Source of the DNA: Tubiluchus corallicola
Lineage: Eukaryota > Animalia > Priapulida
DNA: 64,000 nt
Direction: 5' to 3'
NCBI GenBank assembly: GCA_030141605.1
Contig: JAQGDQ010000318.1
Location: 186,001 to 250,000, forward strand
The notes under the pieces were generated by a model, which ran no database searches, was not told where the DNA came from, and saw only the letters and a program-made list of their open reading frames with translations. Of this stretch, positions 13,107 through 24,879 are shown piece by piece. Made by a program: the position numbers and the translations under genes. Position 1 is the first letter of the stretch, and each line of letters begins with the position of its first letter.

Positions 13107-13465
13107 AACCCATGTGTTTAGGTACTGTGACACTGCGGCACCCCCTATTTTCACTCAATACTATCGATATTATTCAATATAATAAGTCTTATTTCTTTAG
13201 TTCTTTCTCTATACTTGAGGGTAGTACTTTTTGCTTCATAGCCCAGCACAGTGAGCTCCAGCAATGCGCTGTTTGGCTGCTCTGCACTTGCGGTCATACG
13301 CACATGTCTGAGATAACACCCTGCACGCTAGCATCTGCTGCTAGGTAGAAAAGTACTGTCTCTATCACAGTAACAACTGCCACGTGCATACCGTGAACCG
13401 TCATATTCTTGGACATCATAAAGTGTAAACTTAGTGTGTATGCTTAAAACATAAATTATTTGATA

Positions 13466-13603
13466 ATGGATGCCTTGCATCTCCAAGACATAAATTCTGT
13501 GACTGTAAGTGAACTACAACAGCTTAAATTTTCACAGTTGTCTCTCCATGAAAAAGTTGCAGTTAAGAAAAAAGGCCGATCAACACCCGATCTTCAAATA
13601 TAA
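13466..13603 (+). pseudogene. remnant N-terminus of a ZMYM1/Tip100-like hAT transposase
   Basis: MDALH..KFSQLSLHEKVAVKKKGRSTPDLQI* resembles the F..L...EK..K..GRP.PDL.I start of these transposases, and lies inside the CAG-terminated element. Confidence 0.55.
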
Positions 13604-13740
13604 CTACAACATTTAAATTACATATGTTTCTTACGCTTTACACAGTATTAAAACAATGGCTAAAACATTTCTGAAGCAGCACCCCCACTAATTTTAGCTA
13701 CGAGCCGCCACTGTAAAAGTATTTATTGGCAACCACAAAC

Positions 13741-13850
13741 TGTTGTTGTTGTTAGCATCCTTCTGTCTCGGAAGACAATGGAGTGTGCGCCAAGAAAATC
13801 AGTTATTGATCACATTGATGGATCTGCAGCGTCGACTGTGGGGGCATCCC
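13741..13850 (-). mobile_element. 110-bp internally deleted RTE-derived element with (AAC)n tail
   Basis: Minus strand: GGGATGCCC, then ccacagtcgacgctgcag...ctccattgtcttccgagacagaaggatgctaac(aac)n. Near-identical to both ends of 38028-38450. Confidence 0.8.
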
Positions 13851-14208
13851 GAGATAAGTATTGAAAGACAGACCTTTCGGCAAGTTTACTGATGATGGCA
13901 ATTACCATTGCCAGAACGTTTGATTTTTCAATAATTGTACAGTATGGTTCATCGTGGCCAATAAACACTTCTGTATGTGCAGCGCCGTAACACAATGTTA
14001 GTGTTAATTTATTTAATCAGACTGACCCCTAGTGGCAATAGTGACAAACATATACAGCAAGTTTTAGTGTTTTCTGGCTGTAGCTAATTCTCTGGAAACC
14101 GTCTAAAATAATTCTTTGCACGAAAAGGAACCAATTAAATTTCATCTAGTTAAACCCTAAAACTATGTTGTGTGCGAGAGAGGGCATTTGAGAGATGGCA
14201 TATTATTA

Positions 14209-14767
14209 TTAAAGATGATTACCAGGTGATTGTGTAATCACGAGTTCAGAATAAACAATGCTCTAAAATATTGAAAACTACAATAACTTATTTTAAATCA
14301 AAGCTTAGATTAAATAATAATTACCTCAGATACTCAAATTTTGTTAAACTTTCAAAGCTACGAGCGGCTCAGTGAATCTATTAAGATTCACAATGGCGCC
14401 TTTTTGTAACGTGCGCGCGGCCGACAAGTAGAAGGCGGTACCGTGATAACCATGATCATGAACTGCAGTGTTAATTTCTGACGTCATATGATGTAAAGCC
14501 CATTTTTCGTGACATCACGCGTTTAAGCAGTACTGTAACAGCTATGCAAACGTGCTTGACGCGCCAGGGAAGACGTCTGCCATTGCACAAACTGTGGTTA
14601 GTTTTTGACGTAAGCAGTAGCTGTGTTCGGTTGCCGTTAATTAACTTTCTAAGCTAATTATTCAAATATAAGAAACAACTGTTAACTTTTATATGCAAGA
14701 CAATGTATACTTTGGACAGTAAATTAAAATGAGATTGAGTCTAAACGATCGTCCGGTCTTCCTTTAA
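14209..14767 (-). mobile_element. Kolobok-type MITE family B
   Basis: Reverse-complement homolog of 28681-29230; ends TCCGGTCTTCCT-TTAA. Confidence 0.8.
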
Positions 14768-15320
14768 GAGCGGGATTCACGAAAATATTATTACCCATAA
14801 AGTTTAATTTAGATGGACACCTGCTTTTTGGAAACGCACTGCGCTGTACTTCTGAGTTCACTTGTGACGTAGTACACGCATTTGTGGCTATTAATTAAGT
14901 TTTTATTCTATTGTTTAACCATCAGAAACACTACTGTATTACACTTTGCGGTATTACAGTATTATAGATGTCAAAATGTATACTTTTTGCCGTACTTCAA
15001 AATAGAGTAGAACACGAAAAATCACCCTGTTTTCCTTTAGCAACAAATAGGTCCGTTGTCAACCTGTCCAAAAATGAAAAAAAATCACTTGCCAAAAACC
15101 CGAGACCTTAAAAAAATAAAGAAACGAACACCTTCACCTAAATGTTCTCCTCTCCTATGAAGAAAATCTCCACTGTGCTCCGTCAAACCAAACACTTCCA
15201 AACCAAAACACGCCACTTAGCCCACTCACATCACCCTCTTCACGTGAATAATCGCTGGAAAAACTCCAAAAATTAGGTGAGAATAACAATAGGAGTGATA
15301 AAACTGCCGTGCCATCCTAG

Positions 15321-15380
15321 TATAACGACTGTGACCCAGTTACGTGGCACACGGAGGAGCGGAAAATCGCCCGACGCATT
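15321..15380 (+). CDS. candidate 60-nt exon YNDCDPVTWHTEERKIARRI (phase 0->0)
   Basis: catcctag acceptor and gtaagc donor in a GC-richer patch; phase-compatible with 5986-6018. Confidence 0.2.
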
Positions 15381-15635
15381 GTAAGCGCACGGTCTCGCGA
15401 TGCCGTGAGTGTTCACGAAGCGTGAGTGGATGAATGGCGGCGACTTTGACAATGAAAACGGTTGTATTGTGTAGCATTGGAAGCATGATAGCAATGCGGG
15501 GTGGACTGAATGAAATTCGCTAATATAATTGCTGCAGATTTTATCTAACTTTCAAGGCGATGTGACTATTATTAAAGAGTGCGAATCTTTAGCAAGATGA
15601 ATAGAGGAGCGAAAGTAGAAGCGCGACAATATAGT

Positions 15636-15873
15636 TGCGAGGGAGAGGACGTTTAATGTTTCTACATGGAAGGGAGAGGGCGTTCCATGTTCCTACGTGG
15701 AAGGAAAAGGGCGTTCTACGTTCCTACTTGGGAGGAAGAGGGCCTTCAATATTCCTACGTGGGAGGAAGAAGGCGTTCAATGTTCCTACGTGGGAGGAAG
15801 AGGGCCTTCAATGTTCCTACGTGGGAGGGAAAGGGCGTTCAATGTATCTACGTGGGAGGGAGAGGGCGTTCAA
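15636..15873. repeat. 31-bp minisatellite, about 7.5 copies
   Basis: Unit ttcaatgttcctacgtgggaggaagagggcc. Confidence 0.92.
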
Positions 15874-15954
15874 TATCGAATGGAATTTGAACGCTTGAAT
15901 TCGAATTGAACGATTTTTTTTAGTTCGAACTCGATTTAAACGAAGTTTTAGTAT

Positions 15955-16115
15955 TCCGAAATGCAGGCGCTAGTGTCCATCTAACTAGTGAATGGTGAAA
16001 TGCATGTAACAGCGCAGAACTAGTGGCGCGAACGTGAAATTGTGTTTGTGTGGTAATAATTCTTTCACTTACGTCATTTTTGAAAAAAATAGTGTGTATG
16101 TTCCTTTCAATATCT
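15955..16115 (+). mobile_element. Kolobok-type MITE family A, internal fragment
   Basis: Matches 7741-7897. Confidence 0.75.
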
Positions 16116-16149
16116 TAAACTAATTCATACTTCTCCAGCTTACCAACGC

Positions 16150-16398
16150 TTACTTGTAAAAACTCATTACACTTTTGACATACCTTGACGATGCAATGCT
16201 TTACTTCAGAATGAATGACGTCATTGGTGGAAAATGAGCATTCAAAATGGGAGCATGAACATGAAGTGATCGCGACTTTAAAGTGATCTTACTAATTACA
16301 CGAGGCGCTAATTGCAGTTTTGTTACTAAATCCTTCTAACTTTTGTCCCGAACATTGAAATAAACCTAACTTCCCAGAAATCTTGACGTTTCCTTTAA
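16150..16398 (+). mobile_element. Kolobok-type MITE family D, right part
   Basis: Matches 30630-30950; ends CGTTTCCT-TTAA. Confidence 0.65.
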
Positions 16399-16699
16399 CG
16401 CTGGGAAACAAAACCATTTTTCCTGTGATTAGACATAAAAAACACTACGACACTCAGCTTAAAATTAAGCCAATTTCTCCTCCGGTAGACAATAGCTTAC
16501 TGCTCTAAATAATAACCATTATCCATTCGTAATAATTACGCCAGACAAAAATAATTACAAATAATCGACGAAGTTAACTAATTTTCTGTAATTTCATAAT
16601 TGGCTTGTTATACGACTGGCTGACATTTTGATCATAATTAATGTAGTTGGGCCTAAATTAGCCAGGTAAATAATGCTTCTGAAGTTATTATGCATTGCA

Positions 16700-17105
16700 C
16701 ATAGACACAACACAGAACATCAAGGGTGTAGCAGTTCTACCGAAGTAGATAAATAGATACTTACTGTCAAAAATACATACTAAACAAAAAAATCATCAGA
16801 TACATACAATTTAAATTTTGAAATATCATGACACTATATACAAGCAAAACAATTACTAATAAAACAAATATTGTTAAATCTTCCTGTTAGTTATATTAAT
16901 TATTTAATGAAAAGTTTAATGATTAGTACCTAAAATAAATTGTCATTGATTAGGCCTCATTCTCAGATATGAGATATGATCATTACATAGTATATTGTTC
17001 ATCGTGTCTTAAAAATGCTTTTTCAACATAATCAATAAATGCCTTAATTACTTCTAAATCATTATTTCCCACCAGGAATAAAAATTTATCAGCATCGCTC
17101 ATAAG
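16700..17105 (-). mobile_element. possible old LINE 3' remnant
   Basis: Minus MSDADKFLFLVGNNDLEVIKAFIDYVEKAFLRHDEQYTM* resembles non-LTR ORF2 C-termini; the left boundary is a guess. Confidence 0.35.
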
Positions 17106-17121
17106 GGACGTTCATATTTGT

Positions 17122-18002
17122 TTAAAAGACAAGAAAAGGGGTACCCGAAGTAGGTTTCAGAAAAATCACCTTAAGAAATTATATTATATTATAGCAATTA
17201 TATCGTATTCGCATTGAAAGAAATTTTTGTTAGTTTTCATTTTAAATCTTCCGCAATACAGTTCCGTCCGCGCAATTACATGACGTCATATACGCACAAC
17301 GTAATCAGGGGAAGAAAAAAATGTTAAACTATGTTCCATTACATGACGTCATATACGCACAACGTAATCAGGGGAAGAAAAGGAAATGTTAAACTATGTT
17401 CAATTACATGACGTCATATACGCGCAACGTAAATCAGGGGAAGAAAAGGAAATGTTAAACTATGTTCAATTACATGACGTCATATACGCACAACGTAAAT
17501 CAGGGGAAGAAAAGGAAATGTTAAACTATGTCCGAAAAAACTTTCCATACAAATCTATGTTACTTAGCATTTCGCTTACCTGTTTGAGAGATTTAGCTGA
17601 CTGGAAAAAAGTTATTATTAACTATTTAAAATATTTTCATCAATTGGTAAAATCTCCAGGGGGCTACTCAGTAGTCAAAAACGTATTTTTAATCTTATTG
17701 ATAAGCTAAGCAATTTAAAATTTTATTTAGTTAATAACACGTGTGCGCTACGAATGCTCTAATTATTTTTTCAAACTTTAGGCAATGTTATCTATACTTG
17801 TTTCAAACGCCCTTTAAACGGCTGCGTCTAATGGTCACAGCAGGGGTTTAAATTTTCATGTTTTTTGTACTGCGTTACTGCTAATGCTTGCTCTGTATAC
17901 AATAACACCGCATGTAAGTGATATGAAATTTCAAGACGAATAAAAGTTCATATTTTTTTAAGATGTAGGCTTATTTATGAAGAGTGTTTTCTTGTGCTTT
18001 AA
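17122..18002 (+). mobile_element. Kolobok-type MITE family C, full length, with an internal 4x 66-bp tandem repeat
   Basis: TTAA-AAGACAAGAAAA ... TTTTCTTGTGCT-TTAA. Homologous to 27946-28634 and 36072-36345. Confidence 0.85.
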
Positions 18003-18383
18003 TTAAGCACATTAAGTACTTAAAAGATCAGTCCTTAAGGTAGGCAAAGACATAGTCTAATGCGCCCGAACAAACCTTGTTTTACGTTGGGTTACAAGAG
18101 TAGAATGTGACGCAGGTGGGCGATAAAGACAAACGCCATTCAATCTTTCAAGATGCTAGCTTAGCTCAGCAACATGCAGTATTTCACTGTGGCGCCATCG
18201 AGCGGTCAAATTAAAAAATAACCTGCCTTTTTGCTATCTGGCGTTTGCTTATGCCTTACAAATTAATAGTCCAATATAGGCTAAAACTAAAAAAAAAACA
18301 CCCACACAAAACCAAAACCCCAAAACCCCCCAAAACAACACAAACAAACACACAAACACAAACACAACACAACACAACAGAGC

Positions 18384-18735
18384 CAGTCAATCAGTCAGAA
18401 AGTCAGTCAGTCAGTCAGTCAGTCAGTCAGTCAGTCAGTCAGTCAATAAATCGGTCAGTCAGTCAGTAAGTCGGTCTATCAGTTAATCAGTCAGTCAGTC
18501 AGGCAGGCAGGCAGGCAAGCAGGCAGGCAGGCAGGCCAGTCAGTCAGTCAGTCAGTCAGTCAGTCAGTCAGTCAATAAATCGATCAGTCAGTCAGTAAGT
18601 CGGTCTATCAGTTAATCAGTCAGTCAGTCAGGCAGGCAGGCAGGCAAGCAGGCAGGCAGGCAGGCAGGCCAGTCAGCAAGTGAGTCTATTAGTATCAGTC
18701 AGTCAGTCTGTCAATCTTTCAGTCAGCAAATCAGT
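18384..18735. repeat. compound (CAGT)n/(CAGG)n microsatellite
   Basis: Direct reading; includes an internal duplicated block. Confidence 0.92.
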
Positions 18736-18763
18736 CGCTTGTTCTATCACATAATACTTTTAC

Positions 18764-19031
18764 CTGTGCAAATGAGGTCATCGTAAAGAAAAGCATCGTC
18801 TCTTGTTTCTAGAGTGTGTGCTCTACAACTGCTGCTACCCCAAGAACTGAAACAAGTGCACATCTCTGCGGGGTAAGTACGTGGCGTGCCTAGCGGATGA
18901 AGTTCATGTTTCCACATGGGACACATGCACATTAATCTCCCCCTGGTGACAGGTTTGCCACGTCTTAAACTATAGCGATTGAATTCGGCGTCTTCCATTC
19001 TTGGCACAACGGCAGCAATCTTTGCAGGCAT
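18764..19031 (-). CDS. first coding exon of an unidentified minus-strand gene (MPAKIAAVVPRMEDAEFNRYSLRRG...DDLICT/G)
   Basis: 89 open codons from agtATG with an in-frame stop 7 codons upstream. Donor CAG|gtaaaa (phase 1) and a possible UTR acceptor at 19323. Confidence 0.55.
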
Positions 19032-19394
19032 ACTATCGACTGTAGTCGATTAATACAAACTAGTCAGGAAGAAGTGGAGCTCTTTGCACCGTTCTCACAA
19101 TATTTGTCAACTTGTGAAGTCAAGTCTGAACCTGCTAACATTAAACACGTCTTCACAAACCATCCTCTCAGACGGTTTGGCCAGAGATGCTCCAGAAAAC
19201 CAAATGTGAACAACGGATAAAACAATTGAATCCTTCACTGCACTTGGATGCACACGAAATGCACCTCCTCAACACGTCTGTTTACCGTCTTGGGATAATT
19301 TGTTTGACAATGTAATTAAAAACCTAGAAAGTCACGTGCAAGCTGTAAGCTACACGCCTATCAGTTGGTCATCTGTTGTCGGAAATTCCTCACA

Positions 19395-19700
19395 AATCGT
19401 ACTCGCGTAATGCGTTTTCACATTGGTCGTATATAAATCGTACTCGCGTAATGCGTTTTCACGTTAGTCGTGTATAAATCGTACTCGCGTAATGCATTTT
19501 CACATTGGCGTATATAAATCGTACTCGCGTAATGCGTTTTCACATTGGCGTATATAAATCGTACTCGCGTAATGCGTTTTCACATTGGCGTATATAAATC
19601 GTACTCGCGTAATGCGTTGTCACATTGGTCGTACATTAATCGTACTCGCATAAATCGAACACCAGCTAATCGTTAATTCCTCATATATCGTACTCGCATA
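19395..19700. repeat. 40-bp CpG-rich minisatellite (about 6 copies plus a degenerate tail)
   Basis: Unit aaatcgtactcgcgtaatgcgttttcacattggcgtatat. Confidence 0.92.
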
Positions 19701-19802
19701 ATCCGTATTCGCAATAGAGGAACAAGCGCAGGTGACTGCTGAGCATCTCCTATCGTTAATTTGTCCTAAATTGTACATTAGACTTGCGAACGCGCATATC
19801 CG

Positions 19803-20090
19803 TCGATCATCAAGTATCATTAATTCTTCGCAAGTCGTACTCGCGTAAAACGAGCTCGCTTAAGTCGTATCCACACAGGCCTAAGTTGCCTCTACTCGTT
19901 GATCATCAGGTATCATTAATTCTTCACAAGTCGTACTCGCGTAAAACGAGCTCGCTTAAGTCGTATTCACACAGGCCTAAGTTGCCTCTACTCGTTGATC
20001 ATCAGGTATCATTAATTCTTCGCAAGTCATACTCGCGTAAAACGAGCTCGCTTAAGTCGTATTCATATAGGCCCAAGTTGCGTCTACTCA
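19803..20090. repeat. 96-bp tandem repeat, 3 copies
   Basis: Period 19901->19997; shares the core TCGTACTCGCGTAA with the 40-mer array. Confidence 0.9.
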
Positions 20091-20569
20091 TCAAACTTAC
20101 GTGTGTCTGATAATCTGCTACCGTTAATACTCATCTCAGTCAACCGCAATCCTTTAACTAAGCAGAAAATTACAATGGTAACACTTAGTGCTGCCAGCAG
20201 CTTGCATTTATTTGACCGAGTTATTTTAATAATTGGGTTTATTGATTAATAATTATCGATCATATAAAATTTATCCATAAATTCGACACACATTTCCTCT
20301 GATCTGTAACTTAATTAGTGTGATATTAAATACTAAACAGTTACAATTATAATTCTTATTTTTAAAGATTATGCCTTTGCGAGAACAATTACTATGCAAA
20401 CTAATTATTACCATTTGAATAAAGTAATTAACTGCCATATCAGAATGTTGTGCTTCTTATAAAGTGTTATATATATATGTGTAATTATACACTTCCCAAA
20501 CACTCGTCACTATTGCTCATTACCCTCACAGTCACACCTGTTACATCTACACTCAGTTGCCAGGCAACT

Positions 20570-20860
20570 ACAGCATCAGTAGCGAAACAAACAAAAGAAA
20601 CGTGTATTAGATAATTATAACTTCATCCTCATCATAATCATCAGAAGATGTAGAGCACATAATGAGATCACAACAGCCTCTGTACCAGGACAGATAAGAG
20701 AAACAAGTATTAGATCATCACAGCTTCATCATCATTATCATCATCATCATCCATCATCATCATCATCACCAGAAGATGCTGAACATTTAATGAGATCTCA
20801 ACAGCATCAGTACCAAGACAAATAAGAGAAACAGGCATTAGATTATAATATCTTCATCAC

Positions 20861-20907
<47 letters not shown>

Positions 20908-21094
20908 CCAGAAGATGCAAAACATTTAATGAGATCTCAGCAGCATCAGTACCAAGACAAATAAGAGAAACATGCGTTAGATCATTACAACTTCATCATC
21001 ATCATCATCACCAGAAGATGCTGAACAAATAATGAGGTCACAACAGCATCTGTACCAGGACAGATAAGAGAAAAGTTCATTAGATCATCATAGC

Positions 21095-21160
<66 letters not shown>

Positions 21161-21560
21161 TCATCAAATCATCACCAGAAGTTGCACCTTACAATGGGAT
21201 CACAACAGCATCAGTACCAATAAAACGTCATTAATATTACAACAACATTAACAGAAACCTGCGCAACATACATCACTTGAGACAGCATTAGTAAAAACAC
21301 AACGTCACACCACTACTTGCAGAACATTCTTCAGATCGTAACAGCTTCAGTATCAAACCAAAATCGTTACCATCATTAGTAAAAGTTGGGAAGCTTGCGT
21401 TAGATCATAACAGCTTATTTTTCACCAAGTCGACATCAACACTAACAAAACGTCATTATAATTACATCATCACGTCATTCTTGGAAGATGCGGAACACGT
21501 ATCAGATCTGAACAGCATCAGTACCAAAACACAACATCATTAGTCACCAGCAGAAAATAC
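20570..21560. repeat. minisatellite whose units contain a variable (CAT)n tract
   Basis: acagcatcagtacca...ataagagaaac...tagatcat...(atc)n...accagaagatgc...aatgagatc occurs about 5 times, then degenerates. Confidence 0.85.
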
Positions 21561-21914
21561 GGAACATGATCATAATGTCCTGAACAAACAACATAATAGA
21601 ACGATATTGTTGCGTGCGTACTGGGGTAATCGATTTTTAAACTAAAGCAAATCGTTTAAACTGTTCAGTTTAGCAGTTCACACCTTTGTAAACAGTTCCA
21701 GTATTATTACAAACAATAAGGAACAATGCAGTCATTGTTCTCGCGTGACCGCCATGTAAAAAAGCGTGCAGAACAAGTCGTGTTTGTTCAAAATTATGGC
21801 TGATCTTTGCCAAAATCGCATACGAGTCGCGTGTTCATTTTTAACCTCAATTTCTATGAAGTTTATTCATGTGAAACGTGTATAGAGATTTGCAGTATTG
21901 CCCTATATAGACTG

Positions 21915-22403
21915 CAGTGGCGGCTCGTGTATAGGGGCTGTGGAACTGTAGCGCCCCCTGTGTTCACTCATTATTATCGTTAATATTCAATATACTAAGT
22001 CGGTTTTCTTTAGTTCTTTCTCTATACTTGTACGGAACCAGAGCACGTGAGGATAGTACCGCTTGCTTCACAGCCCAAGCAATGCGGTGTTTGGCTGTTG
22101 TGCGCATGCGGGCATGTCTGAGATGACATGCTGTACGTTAGGTAGAGAAAGTACTGTCACTCACACAGTTTGTTGTCACGTGCTTAAAAACTGTGTACCG
22201 TCACATTCTTGAACTGCGACAATTTAGGCTATTCGTAAGCAAACAATTTTTTTGTTTAGGATTTTGTAAAGTTTATATAAACTTTCGTATGTTTGTTTGT
22301 TTAAATTACAATTGCAAGTTACAACATTAAAATTGCATATATTACTTTCGTTTTAAACAGTATTAAAACAATGGCTTGAAAATTTTCTGAAGCAGCACCC
22401 CCA
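21915..22403 (+). mobile_element. hAT-type MITE (CAGTGGCGGCTCGT), right TIR lost
   Basis: Homologous to 12117-13713, ending at ttctgaagcagcaccccca. Confidence 0.7.
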
Positions 22404-22528
22404 TGCGAAGAAGTTTCTAAAGGTAAGTGCTAAGACACTGATAAATCAAGTAGAATACAGGTGACTTTCGTTTTATATCTCATAGACTTTAGACGTTATT
22501 TTATGAATCAGTAGTGATACCATACATT

Positions 22529-22915
<387 letters not shown>

Positions 22916-23019
22916 GTCAAGTCACATGCTTACAATGTTGTCTGTAAAAACCAACTGCCCAGGTAAAATTTTCCATGAAGTGAAAGGAAGCCAGCAATTC
23001 AATGAAGGTAAATGTTATA

Positions 23020-23389
23020 CTGAGATTGGCAGCGGTGCCTTTTTGTCACATTCGCGTAGCCGACAAATAGAAGGTGGTACCGTGATAAGCATGATCATGA
23101 ACTGCAGTGTTAGTTTCATGACGTCATATGACATACAGCTCATTTTCGTGACGTCATCCGTTTAAACAGTACTGTAACTTTTACGCAAACGTGCTTGACG
23201 CGCCAGGGAAGACGTCTGCCATTGCACAAACTGTGGTTAGTTTCTGACGTAAGCAATAGCTGTGTTCGGTTGCCGTTAATTAACTTTCTAAGCTAATTAT
23301 TCAAATATAAGGAACAATTGTTAACTTTTATAGGCAAGAAAATGTATATTTTGGACAGTAAATTGAAATGAGACTGGGTCTTCCTTTAA
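23020..23389 (-). mobile_element. Kolobok-type MITE family B, partial
   Basis: Matches 14385-14767; ends GGTCTTCCT-TTAA. Confidence 0.8.
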
Positions 23390-24021
23390 AAGATATAGGT
23401 ATAGCTGCACACTCTGTATATGTGTTCACAATGCGTGCGTGCGTGCGTACATATGCGTGTTGTGTATGTGTCCTTGACCTTATTCTACTTTCTAGCGTTA
23501 TAATCAAATGAACAAACCTATTCCTACCCCCCCCCCCCCGCCCACGCATCCCGTCAATTTTTTTATTTGCTCATAATTTTCAACCAAAATCGTATTTACC
23601 CAACAACAAAATTGCTGCCACCTAGCGCTAAAATTGACACAAACGATAATAGCGGCACGTGTTTGACAAAGAAAGAAACGCCACCATGCGGAACAAGTAC
23701 AAACTATCTACATCCTTCTTCTCTCTCCATCACCTACACCTGTCCTTGCCTGTTTCCTGGACAGAGAGAGTGGAATAATTTTGTAATCAAATTTTATCAT
23801 TCATTGCGACACACAAAATGTCCTCCAAGTTTGTATACTCCAGGTTCCATGCTTTGTTAATGTATAGAATTTGCCAGCAGATGTTAACTATTATTTTATG
23901 CATTTCAATGAATGCCATCCAATTATTATCAATGCTTATTCAAAATTTCTGCTTTTCAAGGGCCCGTACGAGCATAAATGTATTGGCAATAACATTGTCA
24001 ACATAAAATACATCTGTAGGT

Positions 24022-24170
<149 letters not shown>

Positions 24171-24195
24171 TCTTTAAGCTCTTTAAGCTACTAGA

Positions 24196-24620
24196 TTAGG
24201 TTAGGTTACGTTAGGCTCCGTAACATTATGTTAGTTTAGAACGGGTAGGGTTAGTTTCAGGCTAGATTTTTGTTCTTAAATTTCTTTATATTTGCTAATT
24301 TGAGGCTTATTTCTGTTATGTTGTGTAATGTTATGTTATGTTATGTTATGTTATGTTATGTTATGTTATGTTATGTTATGTTATGTTATGTTATGTTATG
24401 TTATGTTATGTTATGTTATGTTATGTTATGTTATGTTATGTTGTGTTGTGTTGTGTTGTGTTATGCTATGCTATGCTATGCTATGCTATGCTATGCTATG
24501 CTATGTCATGTCATGTCATGTTATGTTATGTTTTATGTTCGGTTAGGTTAGCTTAGGTTAGGTTAAGTTAGGTTAGGTTACGTTACGTTAGGTTAGGTTA
24601 AGTTCGGTTAAGTTAGGTTA
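24196..24620. repeat. pentanucleotide array TTAGG/TTATG/TTGTG/CTATG/TCATG
   Basis: Direct reading. Confidence 0.92.
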
Positions 24621-24879
24621 AACTATTTCAATTTATCCATTTCTAATTTATCTTTAGACCGATTGATTAATATCAAAAATTATACAAAAAGATAAGCTTT
24701 TTTCTGCAGCAACAAAGTTCTTACCAGAAGCATTGAAATCAATTATGTACAAATGTTCTAATATTCTATTCTATTCTACTAAACCTATACACTTGTGTAA
24801 TTGGAGTATGACGTTTCTTGAAATTATACCACTTGAAATAATACACACGGTTAAGCCAAAAATGACTTTACAACACAGA

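Larger units (their letters stand above)
12117..13713 (+). mobile_element. hAT-type non-autonomous element (TIR CAGTGGCGGCTCGT), split by a LINE
   Basis: 12120-12241 and 13112-13440 match 21915-22210. Ends ...ACGAGCCGCCACTG, the reverse complement of the 21915 start. Confidence 0.7.

Noticed and set aside
17386-17709. ORF with a 22-aa repeat
   Set aside because: It is the 66-bp tandem repeat inside MITE family C.
24196-24620. (TTAGG)n as an interstitial arthropod-type telomere
   Set aside because: Short and degenerate, and it grades into TTATG/CTATG pentamers, so it is best read as one drifting microsatellite.
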